A DNA stretch of 54,459 nt from Anaerolineales bacterium (lineage in GTDB: Bacteria; Chloroflexota; Anaerolineae; Anaerolineales; Villigracilaceae): contig JAWOIR010000100.1 in NCBI GenBank assembly GCA_046484545.1, forward strand, positions 1-54,459. Direction: 5' to 3'. A program made the position numbers and the translations under genes. Below are positions 51,753-54,459 of the stretch, in pieces (position 1 is the stretch's first letter; each line of letters begins with the position of its first letter). The notes beneath the pieces are model-generated. The model saw only the letters and a list, made by a program, of their open reading frames with translations. It was not told where the DNA came from and made no database searches.

Positions 51753-51760
51753 AAAATGGT

Positions 51761-52846
51761 TTATGAGGCGTTGATCCAGCGTACCCCATCACGAACCTGC
51801 TTGTTGCACGCTTTCACACGCATTTCGGCATAGTGTTTGAAGCCCGGATCTTCTGTACGATCTATAAAATAAGCCACATAACAAGTGATCCACAAGACCT
51901 CGACCAAGATTCCCAAGTCAATCATTGCCTGCCATTCTGTATCCTGAAACTGTTTGTCCAAATATCCTTCCAAACGTTGGCGGTAGTACGCCTGTGCCTG
52001 TGCCTGTTCCGCAGGATCCAAACTAAAATTAAGGACGATCCGGGCTAGGTCAATGGTCATCAAGGATCGCATCGCCAGTTGCCAGTCAACGATAACGGCC
52101 TGATTGGGGTCCTTGTAGGCAAGATTGTTTTTGTAGGCATCCCCTTGCAGCAATGTATGAGGGTAGCAATTCAATGCGTCCAACAACGGTTGCGGATTAT
52201 CGATAAGGCTCTGCATGTGTGACATCATATCTGGTTCCAACAGTTCTTTCAACGCCTCCCAGCCACCTATACACCCACCGGGAAGCCAGCCCCAATGATC
52301 GTTATTATGTTGGCGTGCAAAATTGGGAGATGACAATTGGAACAAAATGCGCGGACTATCCAACCCGAGACGGGAATCATACAGGTGTGGATCATCCCAG
52401 AATTCGGCATGAAGTTTGGCCAGGGCATCGAGAAAGGTGGGCAACAACTCCTGTATTCGTTCTTCTGATGAATCCAATAGAAAATGCCCTGAAAGATCCT
52501 GCATCAGGATCGCCCAAATATCGTTCTCGTGGGCACAGGCGAGTATCTTGTGTTCCAGATGCGGGCGCACCTGATCAAGTAAACCATACTGCCAAAGCGT
52601 TACTGACCGGCATAAGTGGTCATCCGTGGCGAACATTTCCCAATCTGACTTGATCGACATCGTTTTAAGAACCAGCCTTTCGGCATTCGTGTCCACAAAA
52701 GTGAACTCACTGCCGGCATTTCCCCAAACGGAGGGGGCGGAGTAGTTCACCTGGGCCATTGGTTTGGAGAGCAGTTGACTCAATGTTTCGGCAGCCAGCA
52801 TTTGATCAATGCTATCGAAGAGAGTGTGTTTAGGTTCTAGGTTCAT
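51761..52846 (-). CDS. APH/ChoK-family phosphotransferase (kinase-like fold)
   Basis: The Brenner-type catalytic motif LLQGDAYKNNL followed by VIVDWQLA (the HxDxxxxN ... D pattern with Q in place of H); 361 aa. Confidence 0.65.
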   Translation of the reverse strand: MNLEPKHTLFDSIDQMLAAETLSQLLSKPMAQVNYSAPSVWGNAGSEFTFVDTNAERLVLKTMSIKSDWEMFATDDHLCRSVTLWQYGLLDQVRPHLEHKILACAHENDIWAILMQDLSGHFLLDSSEERIQELLPTFLDALAKLHAEFWDDPHLYDSRLGLDSPRILFQLSSPNFARQHNNDHWGWLPGGCIGGWEALKELLEPDMMSHMQSLIDNPQPLLDALNCYPHTLLQGDAYKNNLAYKDPNQAVIVDWQLAMRSLMTIDLARIVLNFSLDPAEQAQAQAYYRQRLEGYLDKQFQDTEWQAMIDLGILVEVLWITCYVAYFIDRTEDPGFKHYAEMRVKACNKQVRDGVRWINAS

Positions 52847-53687
52847 AGTCTTTTCCTTTCCGGCCGGGTTTTTGAACGACTGTTAACAGAGCGGGCCATG
52901 TGAGCTTAATATTTCCATCCACGCGGCGGTCATCTATCTCTGAAAGGATGTATTCAAGAATTTGTTGCTGTATTGCAGGCGACTGATGTCCGATGACCAT
53001 TTTTGAGCGGACTGATATTTTTTCCAAAATATCCAATATTTGTCCTGCAGAGGTTGTTTGCCATAGGATGGGAAGTCGTTTAAAGTGTGGTGTATCAAAA
53101 CCTGATTGTCTTATAACACTCTCACAAATTTGTTCATCTGCGAAGCGCATTCGTTTCCATATTTCTGGAAGAGCAAAAACCTCTATTGCAAATCGTGTAA
53201 CCGCATCGTTCGTTATTCGAAAAAGTTCATTACCATTCTCTCCATCAAACCACAATGTGAAAGCAAAACGTCCGCCAGGCTTCAAAATGCGGAAAACTTC
53301 ATCCACTGCAACCTGGGCCTTCTCCACGTGAGACAGTCCGAATGCACAAGTCACGGCACCGAACGAGCAATGCTCATACGGGAGTTGTGTGGCGTCGGCA
53401 ACCTTGAAAAGATTACCGGGATACGTCTTTCTGGCCACCTCGATCATCGGCTCTGCAAAATCAATCCCTTCGCTGGCGGCCCCCCGTAGGGAGGCCGCCG
53501 CGACCAGATGTCCCGTTCCACACGCGACATCCAAGTGCTTTTTCCCCTCTATCTTCCCCAGACTATCGAGAATATCTCCAATCGCTTGTTTGGATATCGA
53601 ACCAAATACCGAATCGTAAATCTCAGCACGCTGTGACCAGGCTTCGTGTTCGATCTCGTGCAAGGATTTATCTGAGGTCATTGACAC
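52830..53687 (-). CDS. Class I SAM-dependent methyltransferase
   Basis: Motif I HLDVACGTGHL and post-I ...GIDFAEPMI... 17-nt overlap with the kinase start. Confidence 0.75.
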   Translation of the reverse strand: MSMTSDKSLHEIEHEAWSQRAEIYDSVFGSISKQAIGDILDSLGKIEGKKHLDVACGTGHLVAAASLRGAASEGIDFAEPMIEVARKTYPGNLFKVADATQLPYEHCSFGAVTCAFGLSHVEKAQVAVDEVFRILKPGGRFAFTLWFDGENGNELFRITNDAVTRFAIEVFALPEIWKRMRFADEQICESVIRQSGFDTPHFKRLPILWQTTSAGQILDILEKISVRSKMVIGHQSPAIQQQILEYILSEIDDRRVDGNIKLTWPALLTVVQKPGRKGKDYEPRT

Positions 53688-54459
53688 TCGGTTTGATGTT
53701 TTGGTTGAGTCGAAACAGGTTGGTTGGGTCGTATTTGTTTTTCAATGCAACGAGTCGTTCGTAGTGTGATCCGTAGGCATCTTTCACGAGCTTCTCACCT
53801 TCTTCGCCAAAGCCGGCAAAGTTCACATACAAGCCACCGGGCGAATAGGGTTCCATCTCTGCCAGAAACTTGCGTGCATAAGCCAGAACAGTGTCAGTTT
53901 CTGCTGGGTCATCCCAAACGCAATCCACACTTAGCAGGCAAGCCGCATCGCGCCCCATGAACGCCGTGGCATCATTTTCCACCCCTTGCATGGCACCGCT
54001 ATACGGCCACAGCACAACCAATATGAATGGCGAAGGCGGCTTGAGGGCGCGCTGTCTAACAGCGTTCAACGTTTCGTCATTCAGCTGTTTCAGCAGACGT
54101 GACTTGAAGTAATACAGGCGCTGACCTTTGGGGAAGAACGGATCGAACGCCTGCTGGGCTGCGGCCCACGGAACCGGTCCGCTCAGATCGACCATTGGCT
54201 TGCTCAGCTCACGAAGAGGCTGGATCATTCTCATGCCTTCTTCCACCGGTCCGCAATGGATTCCGACAAATGCCACGAAGCGTTTGAGGTGCAGTTCTTT
54301 CGGAAAATCAGGGATAGGTGGCACTGTCCAAAAAAGGGCGTTGCATGAGAACTCTTCTGGCGCGGTCTTCATAAAGTCACGCCATTTAGGCAGCAATTCG
54401 TCTGCCTCTTCGGCGGGGTACCACGGCGCGCACAGCGTGACCATAGGCCCCACCTCGTG
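53668..54459 (-). CDS. FAD-linked oxidase, BBE (berberine-bridge-enzyme-like) C-terminal part; gene continues beyond the right edge
   Basis: The C-terminal ...AYGSHYERLVALKNKYDPTNLFRLNQNIKPS is the BBE-domain signature. The frame stays open to position 54459, and the FAD_binding_4 domain must lie outside the window. Confidence 0.7.
   Translation of the reverse strand, partial: HEVGPMVTLCAPWYPAEEADELLPKWRDFMKTAPEEFSCNALFWTVPPIPDFPKELHLKRFVAFVGIHCGPVEEGMRMIQPLRELSKPMVDLSGPVPWAAAQQAFDPFFPKGQRLYYFKSRLLKQLNDETLNAVRQRALKPPSPFILVVLWPYSGAMQGVENDATAFMGRDAACLLSVDCVWDDPAETDTVLAYARKFLAEMEPYSPGGLYVNFAGFGEEGEKLVKDAYGSHYERLVALKNKYDPTNLFRLNQNIKPSVNDLR

Noticed and set aside
1-54459. Search by eye for CRISPR arrays, tRNA/rRNA genes, integrase or transposase genes and toxin-antitoxin pairs
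   Set aside because: I saw no regularly spaced direct repeats, no cloverleaf-compatible GTTC-type tRNA arms, and no rRNA-like conserved blocks. The only recombinase signal is the C-terminal fragment at 50327-50578. A computational scan (tRNAscan-SE, Infernal, minced) should confirm this.

Overview
This is a 54.5-kb accessory-type segment of a fairly GC-rich bacterial chromosome. I saw no rRNA, tRNA or CRISPR array. The gene content (LarE/LarC remnants, cyclase-STAND proteins, DUF385/F420-type reductases, many DUF4386-like membrane proteins) is reminiscent of Chloroflexota or Actinomycetota, but that is inference only. About 70 protein genes fall into three groups. (a) Multi-copy families of uncharacterised membrane proteins: five DUF4386-like paralogs; three 'HG..E.LQG' paralogs, one fused to an ICMT-type methyltransferase; and three 'LWLARRG' paralogs. 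(b) Small-molecule-modifying enzymes: 2 GT1 glycosyltransferases, 2 ICMT-like methyltransferases, 2 DUF385 reductases, 3 MDR oxidoreductase paralogs, flavodoxins, FAD oxidoreductases, 2 alpha/beta hydrolases, 2 GNATs, a beta-lactamase-fold hydrolase, an APH-like kinase, a SAM methyltransferase and a BBE-type oxidase. (c) Many regulators: AraC, 2 TetR, PadR, XRE and a MalT/LuxR-type STAND protein. Genes are packed in long co-directional arrays with frequent ATGA stop/start overlaps. The right third (43.8-51.8 kb) is a rearrangement zone. It holds 5'-truncated larE, 3'-truncated larC, a frameshifted cyclase fragment, two intact class III cyclases (one fused to NB-ARC/TPR), serine-recombinase and TPR fragments, and a partial tandem duplication. 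The most unusual signal is a three-copy family of a roughly 270-nt structured non-coding RNA (382-653, 43860-44135, and a shortened copy at 50645-50815). It has a conserved sigma70-like promoter, a poorly conserved 5' leader, a multi-helix scaffold supported by compensatory base changes, and an intrinsic terminator. Two of the three copies (43860-44135 and 50645-50815) directly abut truncated genes. I cannot assign it to a known RNA family from memory. An ORF-less OMEGA/HEARO-like guide RNA or a novel mobile or regulatory RNA are the working hypotheses. All functional calls come from motif recognition by eye, and no database search was run.
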